A DNA stretch of 64,000 bases from Polaromonas sp. (lineage in GTDB: Bacteria; Pseudomonadota; Gammaproteobacteria; Burkholderiales; Burkholderiaceae_C). The stretch lies in NCBI GenBank assembly GCA_043756405.1, contig JAYURC010000123.1:3836-67835 (forward strand). Reading direction: 5' to 3'. Positions 19,432 to 29,710 of the stretch are shown piece after piece. The notes under the pieces were generated by a model. The model made no database searches and was not told the DNA's origin. It saw only the letters and a program-made list of their open reading frames with translations. Made by a program: the position numbers and the translations under genes. Position 1 is the stretch's first letter; each line of letters opens with the position of its first letter.

Positions 19432-19749
19432 ATGAAACGCATTCTTGTCGCAATCGCCGCAGTGGTCACTGTATTTGGAGTGTCAACACCTGCACTGGCC
19501 GACATGGCTTTGGCCACGTCTAAAAACTGCATGGCGTGCCACGCGGTTGATAAAAAATTGGTCGGCCCGTCTTACAAAGACATTGCTACCAAGTATGCAG
19601 GCCAAGCCGACGCTGTTGACAAGCTGGCTGGCAAGGTGGTTAAAGGTGGCTCGGGCGCTTGGGGGCCAGTGCCCATGCCCGCCAATGCGCAAATCAATGA
19701 GGCTGATGCCAAAAAATTGGTTGCGTGGATTTTGGCGGGATCCAAGTAA
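19432..19749 (+). CDS. Class I cytochrome c (c551/c552-like)
   Basis: Signal peptide, haem motif CMACH, and a distal Met region (GAWGPVPMPAN). AAGGA precedes the ATG at 19432. Confidence 0.85.
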   Translation: MKRILVAIAAVVTVFGVSTPALADMALATSKNCMACHAVDKKLVGPSYKDIATKYAGQADAVDKLAGKVVKGGSGAWGPVPMPANAQINEADAKKLVAWILAGSK

Positions 19750-19768
19750 TTTTTTCAGCTTTCCAATT

Positions 19769-19798
19769 AAAAAAAGCCCGCTGCTTGCGGGCTTTTTT
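19769..19798. terminator. Bidirectional intrinsic terminator between cytochrome c and acs
   Basis: A7-GCCCGC-tgctt-GCGGGC-T6: a 6-bp GC stem flanked by an A run and a T run. Confidence 0.7.
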
Positions 19799-19810
19799 AC
19801 GTTTGATGGT

Positions 19811-21802
19811 TTAAATATTTTCAGCCAATTGGTCAAGAATGGCCGGGTTTTCCAACGTGGACGTGTCTTGCGTGATCGCTTCACCCTTGGCAATACCGCG
19901 CAGCAGGCGGCGCATGATCTTGCCACTGCGGGTTTTGGGCAAATTGTCGCCAAAACGGATGTCTTTTGGTTTTGCAATAGGACCAATTTGTTTGGCCACC
20001 CAGTCACGCAATTCTTTGGCAATGGCTTTGGCTTCGCCGCCGGTGGGGCGTGAGCGCTTGAGCACCACGAACGCAACAATTGCCTCCCCAGTCAAGTCGT
20101 CTGGCCTGCCCACCACGGCTGCCTCAGCCACCAGGTGCGAGCAAGACACCAGTGCTGATTCAATTTCCATCGTGCCCATGCGGTGGCCAGACACGTTCAG
20201 TACGTCGTCGATACGGCCAGTGATGCGAAAGTATCCGTTGTCCTTGTTTCTGACTGCACCATCACCTGCCAGGTAAATCGTGCCGCCCATCTCAGCCGGG
20301 AAGTAGGCCTTCTTGAAGCGCTCAGGGTCGCCCCAAATGGTGCGAATCATTGACGGCCAAGGGCGTTTGACAACCAGCATGCCGCCAGCGCCATTGGGTA
20401 AATCGTGGCCGGTTTCGTCCACAATTGCCGCCATGATGCCGGGCAACGGCAGCGTGCAGCTGCCCGGCACCAGCGGCGTAGCGCCGGGCAGCGGCGTGAT
20501 CATGTGGCCGCCGGTTTCGGTTTGCCAAAAAGTGTCCAACACCGGGCAGCGCTCGCCACCGACGTTTTTGTAGTACCACATCCAGGCTTCCGGGTTGATG
20601 GGTTCACCCACTGAACCCAGAATGCGCAAGCTGCTCAGGTCTGAGCGCGCCGGGTGCACTTTTTCATCGGCCTCAGCCGCTTTAATGAGCGAGCGGATCG
20701 CGGTCGGTGCTGTGTAAAAAATCGACACCTTGTGACGCTCTATCATCTGCCAAAACCTGCCAGCGTTCGGGAAAGTAGGAATGCCCTCAAAAATGACTTG
20801 CGTTGCACCCGCCGCCAGCGGGCCGTACGCGACGTAGGTGTGCCCCGTGATCCAGCCAATGTCTGCAGTACACCAGAACACATCAGACGGTTGCAAGTCA
20901 AACGTCCAGTCCATCGTCAGCTTGGCCCAGAGCAAATAACCGCCCGTGCTGTGTTGAACACCTTTGGGTTTGCCAGTTGAGCCCGAGGTGTACAACACGA
21001 ACAAGGGATGCTCCGCGCCAACGAATTCTGGCTCGCACACCAGCGCTGCCTTGGCCGTAACCTCGTGCATCAGGCTGTCGCGCCCAGCCACCATGTTGCA
21101 GGCTGTAGCTGTGCGCTGGTACACGACGACGTTCTTGATCGACTCGCAGCCGCCCATTGCCAAGCCTTCGTCAACAATGGCTTTGAGTGGCAGCTCCTTG
21201 CCGCCGCGCAACTGATAGTTAGCGGTAATGACTGCCACAGCACCCGCGTCCATGATGCGCTCTTGCAAACTCTTGGCTGAAAAGCCGCCAAACACCACCG
21301 AATGCGTTGCGCCAATACGTGCGCAGGCTTGCATCGCTACTACGCCCTCAACGGTCATTGGCATGTAGATGACCACACGGTCACCTCTGGTGATTCCCAT
21401 GTCTTTGAGAGCGCTGGCGAACTGGCTAACTTTGGCGTGCAGTTCTTTGTAGGTAACGTTGAAGATGCTGCCGTCATCACCTTCAAAAATAATGGCTTTT
21501 TTGCTTTCTGTGGGGGTGCCCAGGTGGCGGTCCAGGCAGTTGTACGACGCATTAAGCTGGCCATCAGCAAACCATGTGTAAAACGGTGCGTTGGACTCGT
21601 TGAGCACTTCAGTAAACGGCTTCTTCCAACTCAAATTGTCACGTGCCAGCTTGGCCCAAAAACCCTCGAAATCGCTTTCTGCTTCAAGACATAGCGCGTT
21701 GTAGGCATCCATTCCTGAAATACGGGCTGCTTTAGCGATGGCGGCGCTTGGCGGGAAGATGCGATCCTCTACCAGCAATGATTCGATGTTTGTGTTGCTC
21801 AT
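19811..21802 (-). CDS. acs: Acetyl-CoA synthetase
   Basis: 663 aa with the AMP-binding motif [11 protein letters not shown] and a characteristic Acs N- and C-terminus (…[14 protein letters not shown]). Confidence 0.95.
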   Translation of the reverse strand: MSNTNIESLLVEDRIFPPSAAIAKAARISGMDAYNALCLEAESDFEGFWAKLARDNLSWKKPFTEVLNESNAPFYTWFADGQLNASYNCLDRHLGTPTESKKAIIFEGDDGSIFNVTYKELHAKVSQFASALKDMGITRGDRVVIYMPMTVEGVVAMQACARIGATHSVVFGGFSAKSLQERIMDAGAVAVITANYQLRGGKELPLKAIVDEGLAMGGCESIKNVVVYQRTATACNMVAGRDSLMHEVTAKAALVCEPEFVGAEHPLFVLYTSGSTGKPKGVQHSTGGYLLWAKLTMDWTFDLQPSDVFWCTADIGWITGHTYVAYGPLAAGATQVIFEGIPTFPNAGRFWQMIERHKVSIFYTAPTAIRSLIKAAEADEKVHPARSDLSSLRILGSVGEPINPEAWMWYYKNVGGERCPVLDTFWQTETGGHMITPLPGATPLVPGSCTLPLPGIMAAIVDETGHDLPNGAGGMLVVKRPWPSMIRTIWGDPERFKKAYFPAEMGGTIYLAGDGAVRNKDNGYFRITGRIDDVLNVSGHRMGTMEIESALVSCSHLVAEAAVVGRPDDLTGEAIVAFVVLKRSRPTGGEAKAIAKELRDWVAKQIGPIAKPKDIRFGDNLPKTRSGKIMRRLLRGIAKGEAITQDTSTLENPAILDQLAENI

Positions 21803-21915
21803 GTTGTCTCCTGGTTGTCGTTGGCATGTCTCAGATCCATGCTACTGTCCGGTAATGCTCTTACAAAGCACTGACTGGCATGAACCTTACAAAAATCGAC
21901 CATTAAATTAATCCA

Positions 21916-22518
21916 ATGAACGAGCCCAATCCTGAAAAATCCCCCGCTCTCAGCCCGCTGGCTAATTTTATTTTTGCCAGTCGCTGGCTGCAGCTGCCTT
22001 TGTATCTTGGCCTGATTGCTGCGCAGGCGGTGTATGTTGTTCACTTTTTGGTGGAGCTTAAGCACCTGATCGGCGCAGCCTTCGGCAATCAACCGGACTT
22101 GCAAGCACTGGTAACAAGCATTGGCTACAAGACTACTGTGCCAATCACCATGCTGAATGAAACAGTCATCATGCTCGTGGTGCTGGCTCTAATTGACGTC
22201 GTCATGATTTCCAACCTGCTCATCATGGTCATTGTGGGTGGTTACGCCACCTTCGTCAGCCGCATGAATCTGGACGGCCACCCGGACCAGCCTGAATGGC
22301 TAAGCCACGTCAACGCCAGCGTGCTGAAAGTCAAGCTGGCCACTGCCATTATTGGCATCAGTTCCATTCATTTGCTGAAAACATTCATCAACGCCGACAA
22401 CTACACCGATCGGGTACTGATTGCACAAACCGTGATTCACATTGCATTTTTACTGTCGGCCATGGCAATTGCGTACACCGACAAAATGATGTCAGGCATG
22501 GCAGCGCAAAAGCATTGA
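21916..22518 (+). CDS. UPF0114/YqhA-like membrane protein
   Basis: 200 aa. The N-terminal FIFASRWLQLPLYLGLI is typical of the YqhA (TIGR00645-like) family. Confidence 0.7.
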   Translation: MNEPNPEKSPALSPLANFIFASRWLQLPLYLGLIAAQAVYVVHFLVELKHLIGAAFGNQPDLQALVTSIGYKTTVPITMLNETVIMLVVLALIDVVMISNLLIMVIVGGYATFVSRMNLDGHPDQPEWLSHVNASVLKVKLATAIIGISSIHLLKTFINADNYTDRVLIAQTVIHIAFLLSAMAIAYTDKMMSGMAAQKH

Positions 22519-22558
22519 CTTTTTAAAATAATCACACCAGACTTTTGATGGATTCAAC

Positions 22559-23647
22559 ATGACGATATTGATGTTTGTTGGCGGCCTGATTGGCCTGATT
22601 ATTGGTGCTGAACTTTTGGTGCGGGGCGCTTCCAAGCTGGCGTTGTCTTTCGGAATCTCGCCGCTGGTGGTGGGCCTGACCATCGTTGCGTTTGGTACCA
22701 GCGCGCCTGAGGTGGCTGTATCGGTGGGTGCCGTGCTGGACGGCAACCCGGATATCGCCATTGGCAATGTGGTGGGCAGCAATATCTTCAATGTGCTGTT
22801 TATTTTGGGTGTGTCTGCGCTCATCGTCCCGCTGGTGGTCAACATTCAGTTAATACGGCAGGAAGTACCCACCATGATTGGCGCGTCAGTGCTGTTGCTG
22901 GCCCTTACGCTGGATGGAAATTTGAGCGTTTGGGACGGTGCATTTTTGTTTGTGCTGTTGATTGCCTACACAGTGTTTTTAATCGTGCAGTCGCGCAAGG
23001 AAACCAAGGCAGCCAAAGACGAATACGCAGCAGAGATCAAGCCCGCTGAAAAAGGCAGCTGGGACTCAAAACTGCCGGTTCAGATTGTGCTTATCGTTGT
23101 TGGCCTGGGCTTTTTGGTTCTGGGCTCAGAGTGGCTGGTTAATGCGTCAATTATTTTTGCAAAAGCCTTGGGTGTGAGCGATCTGATTATTGGTTTGACC
23201 ATCGTTGCGGCGGGCACCTCCATGCCCGAAGTAGCGACTTCAATTACCGCAGCCGTTAAAGGCGAGCGTGACATTGCTGTGGGCAACGTGGTGGGCAGCA
23301 ACACTTTCAACATTTTGGGTTGCCTGGGCTTGTCAGGGCTGATTTCAGGAGACATGGGACTGGTGATGGCACCATCATTGCTGGCTTTCGATATTTGGGT
23401 CATGCTGGCTGTGGCACTGGCTTGCTTGCCGATTTTCATGACGGGGCGTGAAATAGCGCGCTGGGAAGGTGGCGTTTTTCTCGGCTATTACGTTGCTTAT
23501 GTGGCTTACCTGATTTTGGCCACCCAACAGCACGATGCGCTTGGCGCGTTTTCAACAACCATGATGACTTTTGTAGTACCCATCACGGTCGTTACCTTGA
23601 TTGTGGTGCTGCTGCGGCGCGGCAAATCGCCTGACAAATCAGCATGA
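22559..23647 (+). CDS. Ca2+/Na+ antiporter (CaCA family, YrbG-like)
   Basis: Two alpha-repeats are present (GTSAPEVAVS and GTSMPEVATS, each followed by GNVVGSN). Confidence 0.85.
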   Translation: MTILMFVGGLIGLIIGAELLVRGASKLALSFGISPLVVGLTIVAFGTSAPEVAVSVGAVLDGNPDIAIGNVVGSNIFNVLFILGVSALIVPLVVNIQLIRQEVPTMIGASVLLLALTLDGNLSVWDGAFLFVLLIAYTVFLIVQSRKETKAAKDEYAAEIKPAEKGSWDSKLPVQIVLIVVGLGFLVLGSEWLVNASIIFAKALGVSDLIIGLTIVAAGTSMPEVATSITAAVKGERDIAVGNVVGSNTFNILGCLGLSGLISGDMGLVMAPSLLAFDIWVMLAVALACLPIFMTGREIARWEGGVFLGYYVAYVAYLILATQQHDALGAFSTTMMTFVVPITVVTLIVVLLRRGKSPDKSA

Positions 23648-26520
23648 CCGCTAGCTACCTTCTGCCATTGTTGGCTGCGCTGCCTTGGTTGGCTGCGTTT
23701 GCCCTGGCGGGAGTGAGCAACACCAAACCGAAACCGTCCGCGTGGCTAGCTGGCTTGGTTGCACTGGCTGGCTGCGCCGGGCTGGCTATGCTGGCACCAG
23801 CGGTTTTTGCAGGCGAAGTTATTCGTTGGTCGATTGAGTGGCTGCCCGCGCTGGGCCTGAGGCTGGGCTTTCGGATGGACGGCTTGACCTGGATGTTTGC
23901 ACTGCTGGTGCTCGGCATAGGCGCTCTGGTGGTGCTGTATGCCGCTTACTACCTGGACCGCAAAGACCCGCCCGCCCGTTTCTTTATGTTTTTTATGCTC
24001 TTCATGGGTGCCATGCTGGGTGTGGTGCTGGCGGACAACCTGATTTTGCTGGTCGTGTTTTGGGAACTGACCAGCCTGTCATCATTTTTGTTGATTGGCT
24101 TTTGGCACGGCGATGCGCACAAGGGCAAAGACGCACGCGAGGGCGCCCGCATGGCGCTGTCAGTTACCGGGGCGGGTGGATTGTGCTTGCTGGCCGGGGT
24201 GCTGCTAATTGGCCAAATCGTTGGCAGCACCGATCTGGATCGCGTACTCGCGTCAGGCGACATCATTCGTCAGCATGCGCTGTATGAAGTGGCGCTGGTG
24301 CTGGTGCTGCTCGGCTGCTTTACCAAAAGCGCGCAGTTTCCGTTTCACTTTTGGCTGCCCCACGCCATGGCCGCGCCTACGCCCGTGTCGGCTTATCTGC
24401 ATTCAGCGACCATGGTCAAGGCGGGTGTGTTTTTGCTGGCGCGGCTGTACCCGGCATTGGGCGGGTCTGAGCCGTGGTTCTGGATTGTGTCGCTGACCGG
24501 GCTAACGACGCTGGTGTTTGGTGCCTACATGGCGCTGTTCAAGCATGATCTGAAAAGCTTGCTGGCTTATTCCACCATCAGTCATTTGGGTTTGATCACG
24601 CTGCTCTTTGGGCTGGACGAGCCGCTGGCCGTGGTGGCTGGTGTGTTTCACATTCTTAACCATGCAACGTTCAAGGCCTCGCTTTTTATGGCGGCGGGCA
24701 TCATTGAGCATGAAACCGGTTCCCGCGACATGCGCGAGCTGAGCGGCTTGTGGAAGTACATGCCAATCACTGGAGCGCTGGCAATGGTTGCCGCAGCGGC
24801 CATGGCGGGCGTGCCGTTACTCAATGGTTTTTTGAGCAAAGAGATGTTTTTTGTTGAAGCCGTTGCCAAAGAAGGTCATGCGGCCATGCAGTGGATACTG
24901 CCTGTCGGGGCGACTGTGGCTGGTGCTCTTGGAGTCGCCTACAGTTTGCGTTTTATCCATGATGTGTTCTTTCGGGGCCCCGCCGTCGACCTGGCACGCA
25001 CACCGCATGAGCCGCCTCATTTCATGCGGGTACCGGTCGAACTACTGGTGCTGCTGTGCCTGGTGGTCGGGTTGATACCGGCATTAACAGTGGGGCCATT
25101 GCTGGCTGTGGCCGCAAAAGCTGCCTTGCTGGGGCCAAACGTCGGCAGCTTGCCTGAGTACAAACTGGCGCTCTGGCATGGCTTTAATTTGCCGTTGCTC
25201 ATGAGCGTGTTGGCGCTGGTGCTGGGCACGGCCATTTATTTTGGCCTGCAGCGCCGGGTTGACCTGCACAGGCTTGACAAGGTACCAGCGGTACCCAACA
25301 CCGGCGGGCGCGAATTGTTCGCATCGGCCTTAAGTCGCGCTACCCGGCAGGCTGCGCGGTTGTCTGCGTCGCTACAAACCGGCAGCCTGCAAAATTATTT
25401 GTTGCTGCTGGTCGTCATGGCCACGCTGGCGGGCGCATTGCCGTTCTTGCAAGGGCAAGGCCAGGCAGACCCAACGCAAACCTCGCCGCCCGCAGGTTTT
25501 GCGTTTGTCGCCATCTGGGCCATTGGCATGGCGGCCATTGCAGCTTGCGTGATTTTTCACCGTCAGCGGCTGACAGCGCTGCTGTTGTTGGGCGCAGTTG
25601 GGCTGGCAGTCAGCTTGGTTTTTGTGTATTTTTCAGCGCCGGATTTGGCGCTAACGCAGCTGCTGGTTGAGGTAGCAACCATTATTCTGATGATGCTGGC
25701 TTTGAACTGGTTGCCTGAAACGTCTGAGCTTGACGCCAGCGACACCCGTGGACGGCGCGTGCGTGATGCCGTTATTGCGCTGGCTGCAGGCAGTGGTGTG
25801 GCGGCACTGGCTTGGATGGTGCTGGGCCGACCATTTGACTCCATCTCTCCTTTTTTCCTGGAAACCACGCTGGCGCTGGGCGGTGGTGCCAATGCGGTGA
25901 ATGTCATCATCGTGGACTACCGCGGCTTTGACACGCTGGGCGAAATCACCGTCATGGCCATTGCGGCACTGGTGATTCACGCGTTGCTGGCCGACTGGCA
26001 GCCGACGCACCGCCTTCCAGTTTTGCTAAATTCTTCAGACGGCCACCCGCTGATGCTCGCTGTGGTCAGTCAATTGCTGCTGCCACTGACCATGGTTGTT
26101 GCGTTGTATCTGCTGCTACGCGGCCACAACTTGCCAGGCGGTGGTTTCATTGCCGGGCTGGTGCTGGCCATTGGTTTGCTGCTGCAATTTGTGGCTAACG
26201 GCCAGCGTTTTGTGGGCCAGCGCATGAGCACTGATTATCAGCCGATGCTGGCTTGGGGCTTGTTGATTGCAGGCGCTAGCGGTATGGGCAGCTGGTTTTT
26301 CGGTGCACCATTTTTAACCAGCACGTATGACTATCCGGTTTGGCCGCTGGTCGGCGAAGTGCCGCTGGCCAGTGCTGCTCTGTTTGACCTGGGCGTGTTT
26401 TTTACAGTGGTGGGTGCCACCATGGTGGCGCTGTTGTCTGTGGCGAGGCTTACTGCAGCGGGCGTAATCACCACGCAACTTGCCACGCCAGTCAGTAATA
26501 CAAATAAGGTAGCCCCATGA
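23644..26520 (+). CDS. mrpA: Monovalent cation/H+ antiporter subunit A (fused MrpA/B type)
   Basis: 958-aa polytopic NuoL-like protein. It is the first gene of six translationally coupled genes. Confidence 0.9.
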   Translation: MTASYLLPLLAALPWLAAFALAGVSNTKPKPSAWLAGLVALAGCAGLAMLAPAVFAGEVIRWSIEWLPALGLRLGFRMDGLTWMFALLVLGIGALVVLYAAYYLDRKDPPARFFMFFMLFMGAMLGVVLADNLILLVVFWELTSLSSFLLIGFWHGDAHKGKDAREGARMALSVTGAGGLCLLAGVLLIGQIVGSTDLDRVLASGDIIRQHALYEVALVLVLLGCFTKSAQFPFHFWLPHAMAAPTPVSAYLHSATMVKAGVFLLARLYPALGGSEPWFWIVSLTGLTTLVFGAYMALFKHDLKSLLAYSTISHLGLITLLFGLDEPLAVVAGVFHILNHATFKASLFMAAGIIEHETGSRDMRELSGLWKYMPITGALAMVAAAAMAGVPLLNGFLSKEMFFVEAVAKEGHAAMQWILPVGATVAGALGVAYSLRFIHDVFFRGPAVDLARTPHEPPHFMRVPVELLVLLCLVVGLIPALTVGPLLAVAAKAALLGPNVGSLPEYKLALWHGFNLPLLMSVLALVLGTAIYFGLQRRVDLHRLDKVPAVPNTGGRELFASALSRATRQAARLSASLQTGSLQNYLLLLVVMATLAGALPFLQGQGQADPTQTSPPAGFAFVAIWAIGMAAIAACVIFHRQRLTALLLLGAVGLAVSLVFVYFSAPDLALTQLLVEVATIILMMLALNWLPETSELDASDTRGRRVRDAVIALAAGSGVAALAWMVLGRPFDSISPFFLETTLALGGGANAVNVIIVDYRGFDTLGEITVMAIAALVIHALLADWQPTHRLPVLLNSSDGHPLMLAVVSQLLLPLTMVVALYLLLRGHNLPGGGFIAGLVLAIGLLLQFVANGQRFVGQRMSTDYQPMLAWGLLIAGASGMGSWFFGAPFLTSTYDYPVWPLVGEVPLASAALFDLGVFFTVVGATMVALLSVARLTAAGVITTQLATPVSNTNKVAP

Positions 26521-26882
26521 CCGCCCTGCTCATGTCCGTTGCGCTCGGGGCTTTGGCAGCCGGCGGCATTTATCTCATGCTCAGGCCACGCACTTTTGAT
26601 GTGGTGCTAGGGCTGACGCTGCTGTCCTATTCGGTCAATTTATTCATCTTTTTTATGGGCAGGTTAAAAGTCAATGCGGCTCCAATTGTTGACGGCAAGA
26701 AAATTGCCACGTTGGCAACATATGCCGACCCCTTGCCGCAGGCGCTGGTGTTGACGGCCATCGTCATCAGCTTTGCCATGACTGCGGTGTTGCTGGTGAT
26801 TGCTTTGCGGGCCCGGGCAGAAACCGGGTCTGACCACGTTGACGGTGCTGACACCAAAGCCATTGAAAATCTGCACCCATGA
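26517..26882 (+). CDS. mrpC: Cation/H+ antiporter subunit C
   Basis: 121-aa NuoK-like protein with 4-bp overlaps to both neighbours. Confidence 0.85.
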   Translation: MTALLMSVALGALAAGGIYLMLRPRTFDVVLGLTLLSYSVNLFIFFMGRLKVNAAPIVDGKKIATLATYADPLPQALVLTAIVISFAMTAVLLVIALRARAETGSDHVDGADTKAIENLHP

Positions 26883-28522
26883 GCTGGCCCGACTTGATTG
26901 TTTTACCCATCTTGCTGCCGCTAATGGCCGGGGCGTTGTTGGTTTTGCTTGAGAAAAAAGGCGGCAGACTGCCCTCGGTTTTGGCGGCGGTAGCCTCAAT
27001 TGCCGGGCTCGTGATAGCGCTGTTGCTGCTAAACCGCGCCCTTACCGGTAACGTACAAGCCTACCTGCTGGGCAATTGGGCCGCACCGTTTGGCATTGCC
27101 CTGGCGCTAGACCGCTTGTCAGCGCTGATGGTGCTGCTGACTTCAGTGATTGGCTGCATCACCTTGCTGTACGCAATGGGCGGGGACGCCAGGCGCGGTC
27201 GGCACTTTTACAGCTTGCTGCAGTTTCAATTGATGGGACTGAACGGCGCATTTTTAACAGCAGACCTGTTTAACCTGTTTGTGTTTTTTGAAGTGCTGTT
27301 AATTGCTTCTTATGGTTTGCTGCTGCACGGCGCAGGCGCGGCGCGACTGAAGGCGTCTGTTCATTACGTCAGTTTTAACCTGGCCGGGTCGGCCTTGTTT
27401 TTGATAGCGGCCAGCCTGCTTTACGGGCTGACAGGCACGCTTAATCTGGCTGACCTGGCGCAGCGGGTGCCGCTGGTGCCAAGTGACCGCACGCTGCTGG
27501 TGCAAAGCGCCGGCCTATTGCTGGTGGTGGTGTTCAGCGTGAAGGCGGCGCTGCTGCCGTTGTATTTCTGGTTGCCTGCTGCGTACAGCGCGGCGTCTGC
27601 ACCGTCAGCTGCGCTGTTTGCCATCATGACCAAAGTGGGCATTTATGCCATCTTGCGGGTTACCACACTGATTTTTGGTGAAACAGGTGGCCCAGCAGCT
27701 TTTCTTACTTCACCGTGGCTTGAGTTTTTAGCGCTGGGCACGCTGCTGCTGGGCGCAATTGGTGCTGTGGCCGCGACAAGCCTGCGCGTCATGATTGGCA
27801 ATGTGGTGGTTGCTTCAGCTGGCACGCTGCTACTGGCGGTGGCGCTGGGGCGGCCTGACACGGTGGCTGCCGGTATTTTTTACCTGGTCAACAGCACGCT
27901 GGTGGCTGCCGCGCTGTTTTTGCTGGCGGACCGCCTGCGGGCCAGCCGCGGTGCGGCAGATGATGATTTTCAAGCTGTCAGGGCTGATGCTGCTGGTCAG
28001 ACCGGAGCTGCAGCAAAAACCCGAGCGTTGCTGGGCGTGCTCTTTTTTATCTTTGCCATCGGTGCAGCGGGCCTGCCGCCACTGGCTGGTTTTTTGGGCA
28101 AAGCCATGCTGTTGCAAGCTGCCGGACAAACGCCTTGGGCCGGCTGGATTGTGGCGGTAATTCTGGCCAGCAGCCTCTTGACACTCGTCGCGTTTGCCCA
28201 ATCGGGAAGCATCCTGTTTTGGAAGCCTCCGCAAAGCCTCGCTGCATCATGTACCACTGCACCTATTGACCCACCAATTCCGGCAATGCCGAGCCATGCA
28301 GCACATCACGCCAGCCTGGGTTTGTTACTGGCCTTGCTGGTCGCTTGCTCGGTGTTTGCAGGGCCACTGTCTCGTTTCGCGCAGGCGGCATCTGCCCAGT
28401 TGTTTGAGCGGCAGGCTTACATTGGCGCGGTGTTGGGGGCAAAAGCTCTACCCGCTGCTATTGATGTGCGGCGCGAGATGCGTGAACGTAAAAACCCGGC
28501 GCTTGAGAAGGCCAAGCCATGA
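26879..28522 (+). CDS. mrpD: Cation/H+ antiporter subunit D
   Basis: 547-aa NuoN/M-like polytopic protein. Confidence 0.9.
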   Translation: MSWPDLIVLPILLPLMAGALLVLLEKKGGRLPSVLAAVASIAGLVIALLLLNRALTGNVQAYLLGNWAAPFGIALALDRLSALMVLLTSVIGCITLLYAMGGDARRGRHFYSLLQFQLMGLNGAFLTADLFNLFVFFEVLLIASYGLLLHGAGAARLKASVHYVSFNLAGSALFLIAASLLYGLTGTLNLADLAQRVPLVPSDRTLLVQSAGLLLVVVFSVKAALLPLYFWLPAAYSAASAPSAALFAIMTKVGIYAILRVTTLIFGETGGPAAFLTSPWLEFLALGTLLLGAIGAVAATSLRVMIGNVVVASAGTLLLAVALGRPDTVAAGIFYLVNSTLVAAALFLLADRLRASRGAADDDFQAVRADAAGQTGAAAKTRALLGVLFFIFAIGAAGLPPLAGFLGKAMLLQAAGQTPWAGWIVAVILASSLLTLVAFAQSGSILFWKPPQSLAASCTTAPIDPPIPAMPSHAAHHASLGLLLALLVACSVFAGPLSRFAQAASAQLFERQAYIGAVLGAKALPAAIDVRREMRERKNPALEKAKP

Positions 28523-29028
28523 CCAAACCCATGACCGAAAGCTACAACCGCCTGCTGCCGTCGCCACTGCTGTCGCTGGTTCTTGCTGTGATTTGGCCCG
28601 TACTTAACCAGTCGTGGTCTGTGGGGCATCTGGTTTTAGGCTCGGTACTGGCAATTCTGATTCCCTTGTTTACCGAGCGGCTGCGGGCTGACCGCCCGGT
28701 CATGAAGCGCCCCGGTGTGATGGTGCGGCTGCTTTTCATTGTGCTCAAGGACATCATCACGTCCAACATCGACGTGGCCCGGCTGATTTTGGGTCGTGAG
28801 TCAGCCATTCGGCCCGGTTTTGTCTGGGTGCCTTTGTCCATTACCGACCCGAACGGCATCGTGCTGCTGGCGGGCATCATCACCATGACACCTGGCACGC
28901 TGTCTGCCGACGTATCCGCAGACCGGCGGCATCTGCTCGTCCACGCGTTCAATATCAGCGATGAAGCCGAGCTGGTTGCCAGCATCAAGACCCGGTACGA
29001 GAACCCGCTGATGGAGATATTCCAATGA
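28519..29028 (+). CDS. mrpE: Cation/H+ antiporter subunit E
   Basis: 169 aa, assigned by operon position and MrpE-like sequence (…NIDVARLILG…). Confidence 0.8.
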   Translation: MTKPMTESYNRLLPSPLLSLVLAVIWPVLNQSWSVGHLVLGSVLAILIPLFTERLRADRPVMKRPGVMVRLLFIVLKDIITSNIDVARLILGRESAIRPGFVWVPLSITDPNGIVLLAGIITMTPGTLSADVSADRRHLLVHAFNISDEAELVASIKTRYENPLMEIFQ

Positions 29029-29300
29029 ATCTGCTTGCTACCGTATTGCCGTGGGCCATCGGTGCTTTTGCGCTGGCTCTGCTGCTGAATGCATGGCGGC
29101 TGCTCCGCGGCCCCAGCATGCCTGACCGCATTCTGGCGCTCGACACGCTGTACATCAACACCCTGGCACTGCTGGTGCTGCTCGGCATCTGGTTTGGCAC
29201 CGATGTTTATTTTGAGGTTGCCTTGCTGATTGCCATGCTGGGCTTTATCAGCACCGTTGTGCTGTCCAAATACCTGCTTCGCGGCGAGATTGTGGAGTAA
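29025..29300 (+). CDS. mrpF: Cation/H+ antiporter subunit F
   Basis: 91-aa membrane protein with three TM segments (…GPSMPDRILALDTL…). Confidence 0.8.
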   Translation: MNLLATVLPWAIGAFALALLLNAWRLLRGPSMPDRILALDTLYINTLALLVLLGIWFGTDVYFEVALLIAMLGFISTVVLSKYLLRGEIVE

Positions 29301-29307
29301 GCCAGTC

Positions 29308-29670
29308 ATGAACCCAAGCCTGCTTGAACTACCTGCCTTGCTGGACGCTCTGCTGTCGCTGCTGGTCGTGATGGGTGCAGCCTTTGCGCTGATTGGTTCC
29401 TGGGGCCTGGCCCGGCTGTCAGATTTTTTAAAGCGCCTGCACGGCCCCACCAAAGCCACAACGCTGGGCGTGGGCAGTGTTTTGCTAGCCTCTGCCATCT
29501 GGTTTAGTTTGGCGCGCGAGACCGGCAGTTTGCATGAGTTGCTGATCACACTGTTCTTGTTTATGACGGCACCCATATCAGCGCACTTGTTGATCAAGGC
29601 TGCGATAAAGCTTGACCCGACAATCGGGCCGCCTCCGCCGCCAACTTTGAACAACAAGCCGCCCGCCTGA
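29308..29670 (+). CDS. mrpG: Cation/H+ antiporter subunit G
   Basis: The start was chosen at MNPSLLE (29308). It carries the MrpG motif RLHGPTKATTLG. Confidence 0.8.
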   Translation: MNPSLLELPALLDALLSLLVVMGAAFALIGSWGLARLSDFLKRLHGPTKATTLGVGSVLLASAIWFSLARETGSLHELLITLFLFMTAPISAHLLIKAAIKLDPTIGPPPPPTLNNKPPA

Positions 29671-29710
29671 TCAGGTTTATCAACCCCTGTAGACGGTTGT
29701 AGTGAGCAAT

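Noticed and set aside
19445-20079. ~200-aa ORFs on both strands spanning the cytochrome c and acs 3' ends
   Set aside because: They cross a strong bidirectional terminator and overlap two confidently identified genes in other frames.
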